This document shows positions 1 to 13,372 of a stretch of DNA of 64,000 nt, in pieces. Position 1 is the first letter of the stretch, and every line of letters starts with the position of its first letter. The stretch is from Botryllus schlosseri (taxonomy: Eukaryota). Where the stretch lies: contig CM119372.1 in assembly GCA_051294905.1 (NCBI GenBank), positions 28,956,001 through 29,020,000 of the forward strand, in the 5' to 3' direction. The notes under the pieces were generated by a model. The model was given only the letters and a program-made list of their open reading frames with translations. It had not been told where the DNA came from and searched no databases. Position numbers and translations under genes: made by a program.

Positions 1-278
1 AAATTATGCCATAATTGTGTACATTAGAGATGTCCATAATTTGGAAAATCTCAAAATTGATGCGTATCCATGTCTCATTATATGGATTATTCATAAAAAG
101 CGTCAATGACCCTGCAGTAAGCTCACAGGAAAGTCGTTAGGATCTGTCTAAATGCGTTTGAAAGTAGCTGCTGTAGAGAGGGCGTGCCAGCAACCATAGA
201 ACGCGCCCTGCAAATTTTAATGGTTCACGGTCACTTGGAAAATCAACACAAAGCAACGCGCTATAGTTTTTACTAGAT

Positions 279-639
279 CATAGTTCCCAGCAGCCGGGGT
301 GATTTTGAGTAAAAAGGGGGCGAAAATATCAAGGGCGGCGACGGGGGGGGGGGGGGGCGATAGGGGGTGAAAATATTAAAACGTTTAGTCATATATACTT
401 AATTAACACGGTCAAAAATCAACGTGAAGATGATCTATTCTGCATCTGACGCCGAAAGGTCCGAAAGTAAACGCGGAAACCGGTTTTCTGAGCACCTAAC
501 ACATTTTCGGTACAGTAAATTCACCAGCGATGAGAGTTAAGTGAATACATTTTCAGAATATATGTCATTTTCGGATCCATAAATACGTGGGGCGAAAATT
601 TGTGTCGAGCAATGCGTCGAAAAAGGTTGGGAAACACTA
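279..639. mobile_element. Old hAT (Buster/Charlie-type) MITE
   Basis: Degenerate TIRs (catagttccca...tgggaaacacta); flanks tactagat/ttctggat match 6/8. Confidence 0.55.
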
Positions 640-1239
640 TTCTGGATCAATATGACTGGTGTATCTGCGACTTTGCGATGACCTGTTTGGTTACGTTTTG
701 GACATCGCATTCAGCACAATAAACAATAGGATATACCCACCAAAACACGACAGGAAAGTAGCGATGCAAAGTTACGCGAGTCAACAAAACTAAGAACTCG
801 TAATTTTCTCACAAAGACGCCGACCCAGGCGAAAATAAACAACGTCAGGATTACGAATGATATGATACTATACTAAATCATAGGGATGTTTATTATTTAT
901 CGCGCGCGCGGGCTTCTAAAATATTCACGATGTAACATTCTGCCCCTGTATCCAATGTTCCCCACCTCAAATGTCGGACAACTAGATTTAATTGAGTAAG
1001 TACAGCAAGTGGAGGTAAAGTACTTGAGTATTTCGAAAAAGTAGAAGTACTTGGTCACTGACAACCTCTGAACAAAACCAAACTCAACCCTGGACTTTTT
1101 TTGTTAATGGCAATTATTAACATGCTAATTTGCCTGTTATGTCGTTCGATCGGTATGAAGTAACTTCCTCAATTTACGTCGCTTCTCATTTTGCAAATTG
1201 ATTCAAACAACTTAGTGAACGAGTTCCATGGCATTTTGA

Positions 1240-1245
1240 TTTATT
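1240..1245 (-). promoter_or_regulatory. Candidate polyadenylation signal (AATAAA) of gene A
   Basis: AATAAA about 135 nt after the stop; conserved in the same context in the paralogue (54752-54757). Confidence 0.55.
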
Positions 1246-1379
1246 CACAGAGTAACACATATCGATCAGATGTACCGCAGATTAAAGGATAATATACTCA
1301 ATTACATTTCACATCGTGCACTTTCGCGTTGAGAAGTCGCGTATCTGCAACATGATTCATCCCATTGTCTTGTCTCCTT

Positions 1380-1396
1380 TCATTTTTCGGGATGAA
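1380..1396 (-). CDS. Gene A terminal coding exon: (V)HPEK-stop
   Basis: Acceptor atttcag|ttcatcccgaa is identical in the paralogue ((V)HPEA-stop at 54887-54903). Phase 1 fits the Ig exon, and the total CDS (1011 nt) is divisible by 3. Confidence 0.8.
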
Positions 1397-2599
1397 CTGA
1401 AATGAATTAAAAAGGTGATTTCGATCAAGAATAAAACCACTGGATAAATATGAAGAATCGATGGTATCTTCAATTGGAAAAGTCGAAATACATTTGAAAC
1501 TTTCTGTCTCAACGATGTGCTTTGACATGAGAGAGAGTCAACCGGCTTCTCTCGTGAGTGGGGTTGAGGAACCCCATCCCGCCGCACATAGTTTCCCTCG
1601 CCAGACATGGAATCAGGTAAGACAGCCGTAGAAAATTGAAGGGACGGCTGCGAGGCCAGACGCGTATTGCCGAGGCGACTGTCGGTTTGCTTTGGTTTAC
1701 ATTCGTTTTTCTCTAGACGAACATTGATAATGCCTTATCCGAATATTGGGCTATAACAGCTGAAGGACCGCTAAGCTTCGAAATCCACTTTAGTCACAAC
1801 GAAATACCGTTATGATAATTGGTTATATAGGGCTAGGCTACATCGTTTCGTACAGGATCGGTCTTCTCATCTCGTGGGCCACTGCTATTCTGTGACGCAA
1901 TTTGGTATCTTGCAAATTTATGTCGACCGAGAAAACTTATCCGCATTATTTACATCAAAGTAATGAAAGAATATCAAGAGCCTTGGTGATATATAGATTT
2001 TAGCGTTCAGAAATAGATGTTTCTAGGTTCATTTTCGTGAGTTACGTTTAGCATCGAGAAATTTCCACTGAGATAGGAATCTTTCACGTGGAAATTACAA
2101 GCACTTGGTAGTGATTTCTTATTGTGCTTATCTCGCCTTCGTGATCTTCATGAACACAAATCACCACACTCGAGCTGTAAGCATTACAACTCGATCGGGT
2201 GTACAGTACATGTACAGCCACAAGGTTATGCGCGGACAGGGAGTCCGACCGTTGCTAGGAACCGTAACATGGCGTATATACATCAACGGATCCGGTTGTT
2301 TCTTAAGAAAAAAATCTAGCAATACTGCCACAGTGTTCCAGGCAAAATTTGATGTAAGCATGGACGAAGCTAGGGAAATATCGATCCCGCTGTCTTGAAA
2401 AGCCCAGAGGAAGAGTGAGCCGAGCTCCCAAAGTCGGCAGCAGAGACCCAAAATTGAACGCAAGAAATTCGAGAGTGAATGGAAGTGTGGGAGTGGAAGA
2501 GCATGAAAAGTCGTCCTCGAGATAGAAAGCAAAGATTCTGAACTTTACCAAATTCATTGTCGTGGAGCACCAAGCCTGAACAGGCGATAAGCGCTACTG

Positions 2600-3310
2600 T
2601 AGGGTTACCATATTTTTGTGACACAAATTCCGGACGCTCTTTAGCGCCCACTAGGGGAGTTTAAAATGATGTATGAGCACATTGTCGATCAATAAGACGT
2701 CACACCAGCTGAGCTTTGTCTATCGACTAAAGGTGGTCGCGATCCGGTTCATGACGATATGGTTGTGTGTTGGAAGTTGTAACCAGGGCCGAAGACACAT
2801 TTTCAGCCCCCTTTCGCACAAATATACACATGATTTTGGGCCCACCGTCGGGTAATCGATGCCACTTTTGGGAGCTTACTATATGCATCGGGTAGTTAAA
2901 TGATTAGAATGAGTTATGACAATAATATTGGTTCATCCATATATTACTAAATATGTTTGATCCTCTCTCCGCTCGCATGATCAAAGTTAGCGGGGTAGAG
3001 CAGGTGGAGGATGACTTCGAAAGTGCAAGGAACGTAATTGTACATCGTTAAGTCATGTTCATGTCACAGCAGTAAGGTCATTTATCAGCCTGATGCCGGT
3101 GCGCACTGCAACACTGAGCTGTATAAACTCCGCATATCCGGTGGTTTCCTACCATTTATGGTCGCGACTCCATTTCCAATTTGCCGTGGCCCAGCTCCAA
3201 ATTTGATAAGCTGATTGATAATTGAACTTCGTCTCACATTTGCCCACACTTACTCACGGCCTATGTTGGAAACTGATTATGTTCAACATCTTCGCGAACC
3301 CCAGAATGAA
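2600..3310. mobile_element. Partial inverted copy of the 13373-14498 element
   Basis: tagggttaccatatttttgtgacacaaattccggac is the reverse complement of 14447-14498; patchy similarity continues to about 3310; the other end was not found. Confidence 0.65.
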
Positions 3311-3540
3311 GTTGCCATTGTTGCCAGCCAACCCGGTGTATAGGCTATATATGCCTGAGACGATTGCGAATTTGCATTTTCCTTGAATTTACAACGATTA
3401 TCTATCGTATCGTTAAAGGCTCGTGTTCACAAGTGAATATAATAGGATAAGTCCTGAGTGTACACAAACTTAGACTTCATGTGATCGCAAAATCGTTGAA
3501 TGTCCTGTAGTCGCCCAAATATATATAGAGATAGGCCTAC

Positions 3541-3828
3541 CTCTTATGTTGACAAAAGTCGCATAAGCTCTTGACTGGCCAATAATGTCCTTGTTAGCGG
3601 TGCATCTATACTTTGCAGAGTCGTCCTGGGTGGCGCTTTTGATAATCAAAGTTGCCTTTCCAGGTTCAATGTTTTGAAGAGGATCCATCCAAATATTGTC
3701 GGTGGGTGCGCCTTCCTGCTTTTGCCATTTGACAGTCGAAACCACAGATGAAGTACATTCTATTTTTATCGTATCGCCAACCATGTAATCCTCATCTTGG
3801 CTTGATGGTTCCAGAGCGAGAGGGAAAA
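3541..3828 (-). CDS. Gene A exon 7: immunoglobulin domain (I/C2-set-like)
   Basis: 288-nt phase 1-1 exon containing VGDTIKIEC...KWQK...ATLIIKSATQDDSAKYRC, i.e. the canonical Ig Cys, Trp and D-x-A/G-x-Y-x-C. Acceptor cacgcag, donor G|GTAGGC. Confidence 0.95.
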
Positions 3829-3924
3829 CTGCGTGGAATTGAAAACCATAAGTTTTGCAACGTAATGAAATCAATTGTAAGTCAGTGGTAGAAAGGAGCC
3901 ATCGATACCGACATACCCACATAC

Positions 3925-5514
3925 CAGGGCTGTGGAGTCGGTAATTTTACCACCGACTCTAACTCCGACTCCGACTCCACATATTTTCAATATACTGACT
4001 CCGACTCCGACTCCGACTACTGAGTCTTCAAACGTACCGACCCCGACTCCGACTCCAACAATAATACCAATTTACTTCGAAAATTATATGCCACGGTAAC
4101 GGTTAAATGACTATCATATAACCATTAAACATATGCAAACATGATTAACGATGGCATGCATAATTGTTTCATTGTAGCACAGCTCGAATTATGCACTACG
4201 CAATTAACATGAAAGTTTGCCTTTCTAAATATCCTTCCCTTCTTCATATTTGATTAACATGGATTGTCTAATATCCTAATATGCATGAATCATTCAAACA
4301 TGACTTGTATCCAATCCTGTATAATTAAAATGTAGATAAAACAATCAATGTGTTGTTCTTGTGTATGAGTCAGCAACTGATACAGAGATGTAACTTATTA
4401 ATTTTCTCATTAAACACTATGCTGAATATAACACAAACATTCTTACCACTAATAGACATTGGTCATTAATGAAATTTAGAAAGTAGTCAAATAGCATATG
4501 TCTAGTCTACATGTACTAAGTCAAGTATTCAAAGACTAGGACTTGCAGTCTTTCTTAATCACTTGTTCGACCCAAGCACCTAAGTTATACTACATATATT
4601 TTTACTTTTGTCAAGTGGGAAGAACCGTTTGGTTATATTTACATCAATCTTACAAAACCAAACGATGTCACAGTATCATGGTATAATTCCAAAAATTGCA
4701 TCAGTTTGTGACTGCATCGCGAAGATGCATATTGCGATTTTCTTCCTCTATGCAACTAAAATGCAATTCGCAAATAATGCCCAATTTTATCTATATCAGG
4801 GGTGGCAAGTCATTTCGGCCAAAGGGCCACAAGAGATGTACGAACCATTGCGCGGGCAACTTGAATGTTGATAACCTTTTTTAGTCTTCCGATAGGAGCG
4901 GACCGAATTAGGTTACATTGGAAACAAGACTTATATTACTACGCTTTAAAATTGATAACAATTATGTCATGCAACTGTGCAGTGTGCAGTTATGCCCTGA
5001 TCGCGCCAAGCGCGAATTTTTTTTAAAGGTAATGAATGAATTCTATCAATAAATATGCTACTCACATATATTGGGCTCAAGCTCATTTGGCAAGGACAGG
5101 ATTATTTGGCGTTTAGACATAGCAATATCGACGGTTGCAGTGAACATGCCTCTATCATTTTGTTGCAATTTTCTAATTTCGAGAATTACCTCGCAGGCCA
5201 CACAAAACGTTCTCGTGGGCCACATTTGGCTTGAGGGCCACGGTATGACCCCCTGATCTGCATCGCTGTTAATAACGGTGATGGATGGTACATAAATATC
5301 CTATTAAAAATCCTTTGAGAGCAATTGTTTTCATGATAAAGAAATTGGAGTCGGAATCGATTTCGGAGTCAGGGTCATTTTCACAAATTACGACTCTCAC
5401 TCCAGTCAATATTTTTCCTCGATTCCGACTACGAATCCAGCCACTATAGTTTTCACGACTCCGACTCCGACTCCATCAAGCGAAATTTAGCCAAACTCCG
5501 ACTCCACAGCCCTG
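3925..5514. mobile_element. Non-autonomous hAT element with (CCGACT)n subterminal repeats
   Basis: TIR cagggctgtggagtcgg/ccgactccacagccctg; perfect 8-bp TSD ccacatac; empty site visible in the paralogue near 55990. Confidence 0.93.
4797..5255. mobile_element. Charlie/Buster-type MITE nested in 3925-5514
   Basis: cagggg...cccctg ends, GGGCC motifs, flanks atctatat/atctgcat. Confidence 0.75.
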
Positions 5515-6126
5515 CCACATACAAGGTCAGTAACACAGAATATCAACTTTTTGAATACGTTGTGCTTATTTTCCTATATTGAGCACTCCACAGTTATATT
5601 TCATCTATCCGACAGATTTGGTCACCATAGCCCGAGTTCATATTCCCATTTCTAACTCAAATTTTATAGATTTAAAGCTGGCATATTTTGCTTTCACTTT
5701 TCGGAATTTTTGAAATACAATTTGATTACCGTATCGATTATGAGTGATATGGTCCTAGCAACCGGATCGGATGGATCGCAATATATTACGGTCCCAGAAT
5801 AAAATTTCATAATAGTACCTACAACATTGTCTATTATAGTGCGTTGATCGCGAAGATGCTTCACGAGATTTTTCAAGTTGCCAACAACGATGGACTAGTG
5901 AACTGCTGTGTCATCTCTAGCCTAATTCAGTTCTATCAATTCCCACTTCTACTTGAAGTAGTTCTCCATGCCTTGGATTCACTCCGTCAACTGCGGATGG
6001 GTCACTGTTGCCCCTCAACTAACACTTCTGCCAATGACTAGACACAGTTGTAATATGGTTTACTTTCGTATGCACCACCGAGGTGCTTGTACGATGAGGA
6101 GGCGAAGGAATCACAGTGCTATAATG

Positions 6127-7495
6127 CAGTGTTGGGATGACTCGAGTCATGACTTGACTCGAGTCAGACTCGAGTCAACTTTTTCGAATGACTTGACTTG
6201 ACTCGAGTCACTTTGCAAAAATGACTTGACTTGACTTGACTCGGCGCTTCAAAAATGTGGATTGACTCGTGACTCGGAGCAAAATTTACGAGTCAATTTC
6301 AAGTCATCAAGTAAACGGTGTCGACTAAATCAATGTATTTTGTGCATGTTCGGATTATTCACGATACGCCGTTGTGACTTGTGAGAGCAACCAGTCATTT
6401 ACTGGTTGTACGTTTCACTGATCCTACATTGTTACATCACAAATACATTGACCGCAAACGAAATGATCACAGCTTGCGTTGTCGTAGCAGCAGATTAATT
6501 TGATAGCAACGTATCGCTGTTTATTGGACGGCTCTGTTCTTACATTGCACGGTGCTCACCTTTACCAACCCTCTTGTATGGTTTAAATGGAACAAATATA
6601 TTTTATGCATTCATATCCTCACGAATGTGTATATACGGCTAGTGTATTGTACGATATCAATTTCCTCCATCTTCTCGAGGCTTCGTATTCGATCCTCTAT
6701 TTTGGCTGATAATAAGAGAATGTAGCATGTAGCTCAGAGTTATCAAACTCAACTGACGTCGCGGGTCGAATTCAAATATTCAGATCACTCGCGGGCCGCA
6801 CCAGTCAAATGATTCCAAAATATTACTAACTCTTAACTCAATATATGCGCTTTTTCGCATTCTCGGAATTAGGTGTCAATGTCAGCGATTTTCTCCTGAC
6901 GATGACTACAATCACAACTCCTCTGTCGGGTGGTTATAATGTGGCCTATGAATATACTCGAAATCTTGAAGGAATATTTATTAGTAGTATTTCTTACTAG
7001 AAATTCGAGAAATGTGTTGAATAAAATCACGCAATTTTCAACATATAGCCTACTCAGAATTTCTTCGCGGGCCGAATGAAATCATTTGGCGGGTCGTATG
7101 TTTGACACCCCTGATGTAGCTATACAGTTACTGGCATATTTTATTAGCAGTTATACGTGTGCGTGAGCGATACAACGTATTTTTGCACGTATATTTACCT
7201 TTAAATTCGTTATTTGATTCAAGATTAATGACCAATTGATCTCTTTAACACAGCTAGTAAAAGATAATGAATTTAAATGATCACTCATACTTCGAAAATT
7301 CAATTTGACTTGAATTGTGACTTGACTCGTGACTTGACTTGACTTGACTTGACTCGAGTCACCTCCAAAAAACGAGTGACTTGACTTGACTCGAGTCACC
7401 TTTGAAAATCGATTGACTTGACTTGACTCGAGTCAAAATGTGCAATGACTCGAGCTGACTCGTGACTCGAAGGTGGTGACTTGATCCCAACACTG
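6127..7495. mobile_element. Non-autonomous hAT element with GACTT/GACTCGAGTC repeats
   Basis: TIR cagtgttgggat/atcccaacactg; perfect TSD ctataatg. Confidence 0.93.
6735..7113. mobile_element. Charlie/Buster-type MITE nested in 6127-7495
   Basis: cagagttatcaaac...gtttgacacccctg; perfect TSD atgtagct; related copy at 39793-40570. Confidence 0.85.
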
Positions 7496-8753
7496 CTATA
7501 ATGTCAGTATCACAACCTTTTCTCTTCACCACATTTCGGGGTAGGGATTTGGAGCCGAAGGAAGAGGCCAGGCATGGAGCTGCTCATTACCAACGATGCG
7601 GGAACGGGAGCCCGATCTCTACGTGAAATTCAAATCGAGCTTGACAAGAAGCTGGAGGCAGTTGTTTGAAAACTAGCTCCGCCTCTAACGCATTTCATGA
7701 GATGCTATACTTTTACTATCGACCAAATTAACATAATTTTTGATAATGCACATCTTAGTTGTAAAAGTCTCATTCAGTCAAACGTCAATACTTACACACA
7801 ATTATAATTCCTAACCATAACTCAACTGAGTAGCCTACATGTAGCCATGAGAGATTACCCGGGCAGGAACCCTGTCATTGTTCTTTGTTAAACGAGAGGG
7901 GACAAATATTTATTAAGGCTGGTCCGATTTTGGATTTATGACTGTGATTTTCGGAATATATACTTTGAGGTTCTCGAATCACCATCGTTCCGTCACCTTT
8001 ATGCGATTTATCATATTTTTCTGGTTATGCAAAGGCCTATTTTAATACCTTGCCAATAGCAAGAAAGCACATATTCCGCTTTATATATATATTTTATCGA
8101 AATGGCACTTCATAAATTCTGAACGTCGACAGGATTTTTCTCAGATCGGGGATCGCGAATTACAAGCTGGGAGATAGATCGCATCCATCAGTATGGCGAA
8201 TCTTTGGACTTGGACTGGAGTCCGACCTGTACATTGTAGAACTGTGATTGGCACACTTTCAATGCTACAAAGCAAGACACAAGTGTATCTAGAGTGTATA
8301 AATAAGGACGCTATGATTGGTATATAATTAGCTTGTTTCAGAAACGAGCAGTCGAGAAAGAATTTGGATTACATTTTTTAAATCACCAATTAGAACGTTT
8401 TGCCCGGAATTGGATTGGAGTTAGATCCGCACCCAGTGTGAAATTGGATTTGGTCTGTAACTCGAAATTTCTAATCATTTTCAATTTTGATGAAGCATTC
8501 CAAATATATGTTCAGTATTATCATGTTTGGACTTGGAATATTGAACCAGATAATCCCTTGCTATGTGATCCTCCGAGTCATCGTTAACTGCCGATTTCGG
8601 GGACGTAGACAATGATATTGCTTGAGTCCGCATAAATACATTTGATGCTAATTCTCCACAAAAATTCAAAAAAAATAAATCAGAAAGTATTACATAAAAT
8701 TTAGCACAAGCGGTATTTCGGAACTGAACTGTTAGCAAAAAGCAATCTCCTAC

Positions 8754-8845
8754 CATCTTCACAGACGTAACTAGTCAATCCTTCGCATTTGTCGGCGTTT
8801 AAACAGTTGTGCGTTCCATCTACCCAATAGCCAACTTTGGAATTC
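8754..8845 (-). CDS. Gene A exon 6: C-terminal part of compact CTLD-like domain 2
   Basis: Acceptor tttcag, donor G|GTAGGA: NSKVGYWVDGTHNCLNADKCEGLTSYVCED. A near-identical 92-nt exon lies at 61513-61604. Confidence 0.92.
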
Positions 8846-9134
8846 CTGAAATTCAATAACAAACCAGTCATGCATCCTCCTTCATGGAATGCTATCACCG
8901 TCGTCGAAGCCGTATCAATTATACTGATGCTGGGCACAAGAGAATAGCTTATATTGAGCAACAGCAACAATATTTTAAATTGAAATCAATTTCAGCATTT
9001 CAAAATGCCTTACTAGGCGTTCCTATGAAAACCTCAAATCAGGTCGCGGGCCACAAAATAGGAACTCGTGGGCATCATGCGGCCCGTGGGCCTCGTGCGG
9101 CCCGTGGACCTCGTGTTGGTAACCCCAGTTATAC

Positions 9135-9825
9135 GCCTATTGTTGTAGACGGCCTATTGTCTGCTCCTTATCAATCATAAACGGTCAAATGAAACAAATA
9201 GCTTCACAGGATGTTATGCTCAACGTACCGCAATATCTTATCTGAAGCAAGACTGCGTAGGAATTGGTTCTTATATAAAGAAGCGCATGATGAAAAATTG
9301 TGATGTAGACACCATTGTCAGAATGAAGCAACGCGGTGTGTCGCCAGCAGTGGACGCACAATTTCAGTTTTGCCAGCCAACAGCTGGTGCTGTTGAACGT
9401 TCTTTCTCCGTTCTTGGCGAGCTACTTAGTAAGGACAGATAGGCTACTTTCTACCCGATAATGCAGGAAAGTATCTTTCATTGTACAACAAGCAATTTTA
9501 TTGATTCCTACCATAATGCGTGATATAACCACTGGAATTCTTCATAGGTCCAGATTTCGTTAAAATAGAGTTTTCACATGTCAAAATTTGTCAGTTTTGA
9601 AGTAAGAAAAGTTTTTTCAGGCTCAACTACTTCGTATAAGGACAGACAATACCAACCAGAAATGAAGATAAGTAGAACAATTCAACCATTATGTGCAAAA
9701 ACACCTAATTTACATACATGCGGGCAAAATTACGTCAAAATTGATTTTTTAAAGATCAAAAATTGTCAAAATTTTGATTTTTTAGATCAAAGTCTTCCGT
9801 TTTTTAAGTAAAAAACTTCGCCCTA
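9135..9825 (+). mobile_element. Truncated copy of the 31760-32638 family, with a hAT dimerisation-domain remnant
   Basis: Translates as AQFQFCQPTAGAVERSFSVLGELLSKDR (ERxFS motif); ends aaaaacttcgcccta; collinear with 31930-32638. Left boundary approximate. Confidence 0.75.
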
Positions 9826-10185
9826 CTAATGAGATGCCGTTTCATCGCCGCTTGTTGGTTTAACATTGTGTCAATGAAAACATTGCTTTGACTTTACAAA
9901 ATCTATTGCTACTCCATTGCTTATACAATTTATTGTCTCCTGTGAATTGTTTGTCCATATATGTTGCATTTTGCGATCGTTTCATTGAATCTATACAGAG
10001 CGTGGCGCAAATAACCATCATCCGTTGAAATCGCCACTGTTTCCATAATAATAATCTATCTGTCATGTTCAGATGAATCTTCGGACATGTCCAGGTATAT
10101 TGCTTCATTTTTGAAATTACACCCCGCATTTAATCTTCATTTGGCATACCGCGATATCTGTTTAGATTTGTTTGTTTTTGCTTAC

Positions 10186-10360
10186 GGATTCCTGCTGTTC
10201 TCGATTTTCGTGATTACTTCGTCCGAGTCCACCACAGCAAGTCTTAACCCGACCTTCTTGCAACTGCTTCGCGCCAACTCTTGAGTGCCTTTACCGCCGT
10301 CAAAATTTCTGATTGAGAAGAGCCTGTTATCGATCGAACTTCTGCTAGCTGTAGATGGTT
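10186..10360 (-). CDS. Gene A exon 5: N-terminal part of compact CTLD-like domain 2
   Basis: Acceptor catttag, donor CC|GTAAGC: (E)PSTASRSSIDNRLFSIRNFDGGKGTQELARSSCKKVGLRLAVVDSDEVITKIENSRN(P). Has A-x3-C-x3-G-x-RLA-x-V-x-S; conserved in the paralogue. Confidence 0.9.
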
Positions 10361-10627
10361 CTAAATGTGAAATTGGGTAACATTGACGCAATCAGTCGCA
10401 GGAACGAGCAATCGAGATTCTCACGTATAATCACACATATTATTGAATTATATTGGCTATTGTGAATTCATATCCGCTTCGGCTGTTGATTATATACTGT
10501 AGCCTACTCTACCACATACTATGCCAAAACTGGAACTAGGTTCAGCCATTTCCATACCACTTACCTTTTTCGTGAACGAGGTTGGATCAGGTCAAATCTA
10601 CCCGAGAATGATATCTTGATGACATTT

Positions 10628-11172
10628 TAGGGTGGTAACCAAGTCATAAGGCTCCGAGTCACAAGTCAATCTCACTTTTATAGTTTTGACTCGAGTCAAG
10701 TCGAGTCATTTTCAATTCATCACCGATTCAAGTCCGAGTCATGGTTTTATGACTCGAGTCCTAGGCCAGTCATTGTGTTGACTGCTCAGTTTCCAGCTAA
10801 AGTCTTGTTAAACACACTTTTTATAACTCTGTTTGGTGATATCGAACCTACGGCATTTATAATATACTTATTTTCCTCATTTTTAGCAGTTTTTGGTCGC
10901 ATTTTCAAGTGCCACTACCAATAGACGAAATCGCAATAGTGGGGTTACTTTACTGTTTTTCGAAATTATAGTGAAATATTGGTCTTGGTCGTCCGAGTCT
11001 CGAGTCATGCGCAATGACTCGAGTCCAAGTCGAGTCAATACACTGATTGACTCGAGTCGAGTCGAGTGATTTCCGCATTTGGAGAATATGACACGAGTCA
11101 AGTCGAGTCATCAGAAAATCGTGACTCGAGTCAGACTCGAGTCGAGTCATGACTCGAGTCATTACAACCCTA
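10628..11172. mobile_element. MITE with GACTCGAGTC repeats
   Basis: tagggtggtaa...ttacaacccta ends; no clean TSD. Confidence 0.7.
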
Positions 11173-11543
11173 CATTCAGTTAAGCATATACATTTGTGGA
11201 AAAGAATTCGGAGCTTATCAATGTTGCTAGTAGCCAGAAAAAATGCAATAACCAATAAATGTTCATTATCTTCCTATGAAATTCTGGTAATTTGACTTGA
11301 CAGTTAAATTAAAGTATTATCACATACAGACATGTTACATTAAAAGTAACGCTAAGTTATCGACTATCACTGATAATAATTAATTCATTGCGAATGTTAC
11401 AGATATTTGTAAATTTACGAAATTGTGTCAGCGCACTTCTGCAGTTTCTACCCTTTTATTTCGCGTTATAAGGATGTTTTGAAGGAAGCAGTTTATTGCT
11501 TCAATGCAAACAAATCGATTTGTCCCAGGCAAATATCTTTTAC

Positions 11544-11662
11544 CTTGGAAGCAAATGTAAGGCAGACGTTCCCCGCAATCGATATCATTCCACCAGTTCA
11601 TTGGCCACTCTAAGGATCCGCAATCCTCGTTTCTACGATGGTTGTCCGGCTGACCCGGTCCC
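11544..11662 (-). CDS. Gene A exon 4: C-terminal part of C-type lectin domain 1 (QPD and WND motifs)
   Basis: Acceptor ttgcag, donor G|GTAAAA: GPGQPDNHRRNEDCGSLEWPMNWWNDIDCGERLPYICFQ. The first G completes the TGG split from exon 3. Confidence 0.95.
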
Positions 11663-13372
11663 CTGCAACGGAATAACACATTATAGACATATTTCTGCTG
11701 ATCTAGCCTAGCCAAACTCTGGAGCAGCAATCTCAAAAACGGATCCGGCCCGCTAAGCAATGCTAAGTAATTATAAAATATATATGACTTTTTATCGGGC
11801 ACATATAACACACATAGCAGTGACCACCTTTACCGTTCTTGGCTTTTGTAAGACACATGCTGCAGCCTGTAACCGAGGGGTCGGCAACCTTTCCTGTGCA
11901 GCGTGCCATAATATGTTAATTTCAAAAATATTACCAATTGACGTGCCAAAGTTTTTAGATTTGTCATATTTATCGTTTCAAGCAATAAGGAATTCTATCA
12001 ACCCCTTATCTGAAGCTGGCAAGTGATTCACAAAGTATGGGTCGCGAAAGGTATAAATTCTGGTCGCTACCGCACCAGACCTAATATTTCCTGTAGGCTA
12101 CGTAGGCCTAATATTTGCTTATTTTACTGCAAAAAAATCTATTCGCGCCAACATTCATATTCTGTGGTGGCTTTTGCAGTTTCCTAATCCACTATGTTCG
12201 GTACCATAGCCAATAAGTGACACGCGCACCAACGTTGTAATGACTGCGGTATGCATACCGTCATTACAACGTTGGTGCGCATGTCTCGATCATGAATAAT
12301 ATGCCTACCCGCGTATCGTGGTTTGATGACACAGTACGATTTTCTGCAAAGCTCTAAAGATAGCCGTAAAGATTGCCGCTGCACAAAATATATTTTAATC
12401 GCTTTACACGTACCAGACGAAACTATGGAATAAAATCTCCTTTCGTGAAACGAACACGACTTCAAATTCCCATTTCGTCGCTGGGCTCATTATTTTTCTC
12501 TGTGGGTATCATTTGCACCGAGCCGCTCAGACATAGGACTATTCGGCGCCGATCATTTCGACGCCTAGACATATCAATATCGAACGTTTACGCCAACATG
12601 CAACGGCTATTTAATTTGAAGGTTTTGCAGCATCCAATCAGTTTTGGAACGCACTTCACGAAGTCGCATGTTTCCCGAAAAGTTATGTCTTAGTATCTTC
12701 TACTTAAAAATACACCCAGGCCCGAAATGCCGGTTTCTATTATTCGCCCCGCCCTAGACTAATGCATCACAACGGTCACATACGATATTAGCACGCCGTT
12801 CTCTCATAATTGCTAATACGATTCGATTCATTGCGGTCTAAGCATATTTTGTGTTTTTTCGATGTATTGTTTGGGGGTGGGGATATCCACATCAAAAGCA
12901 ATCCGGTTCCAATAAATCGTACGAAGCGTGGAGAAAATTTTCAAGAAAACTAGAGCCTGCTCCAACTACTGCGGTGCTTTGCAACCTGTGGGATGGTAGG
13001 CACAGTGCGGATGACAAAAATTTCAGGGTGGATGACAAGCCTGGTGCGGATGAAAATACTGATTGAGTGCGGATTAAAATTGTCCGTTTTTCTCATCATT
13101 TTCTGACGAGGAATAATTCAAATAGACCTAAAGGAAATTCGAGTCTGTGGCTCCCTTATCACTAATCGTAGCTTTTACAATCACTTTGTCTCGTACCAGC
13201 CAGGTCATGGTATGGTATTGTATGGTAGTATGGTATGGTATGGAATATGGAAGAGTGCAAGTATGGTATGGTATGGCAATTTCACAGGTATGGTATGGAA
13301 TGTTCTTTCCATGCTTCCATAGTTTCTCCATACTTTGGCAGTTTTGCCAGAAGCATGACAATGATCCTACTT

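Noticed and set aside
3957..7490. Short repeat arrays that could look CRISPR-like
   Set aside because: No repeat-spacer periodicity, eukaryotic context, and they are subterminal repeats of TSD-flanked hAT elements.
8481..8587. Possible alternative terminal exon (VNDDSEDH...HQN-stop) giving an Ig-less isoform
   Set aside because: The phase fits, but the acceptor lacks a pyrimidine tract and I see no counterpart in gene B.
10380..10600. Intron segment conserved with 62050-62270, containing a donor-like AG|GTAAG
   Set aside because: No shared open frame in the correct phase; the similarity is comparable to other paralogous intron remnants.
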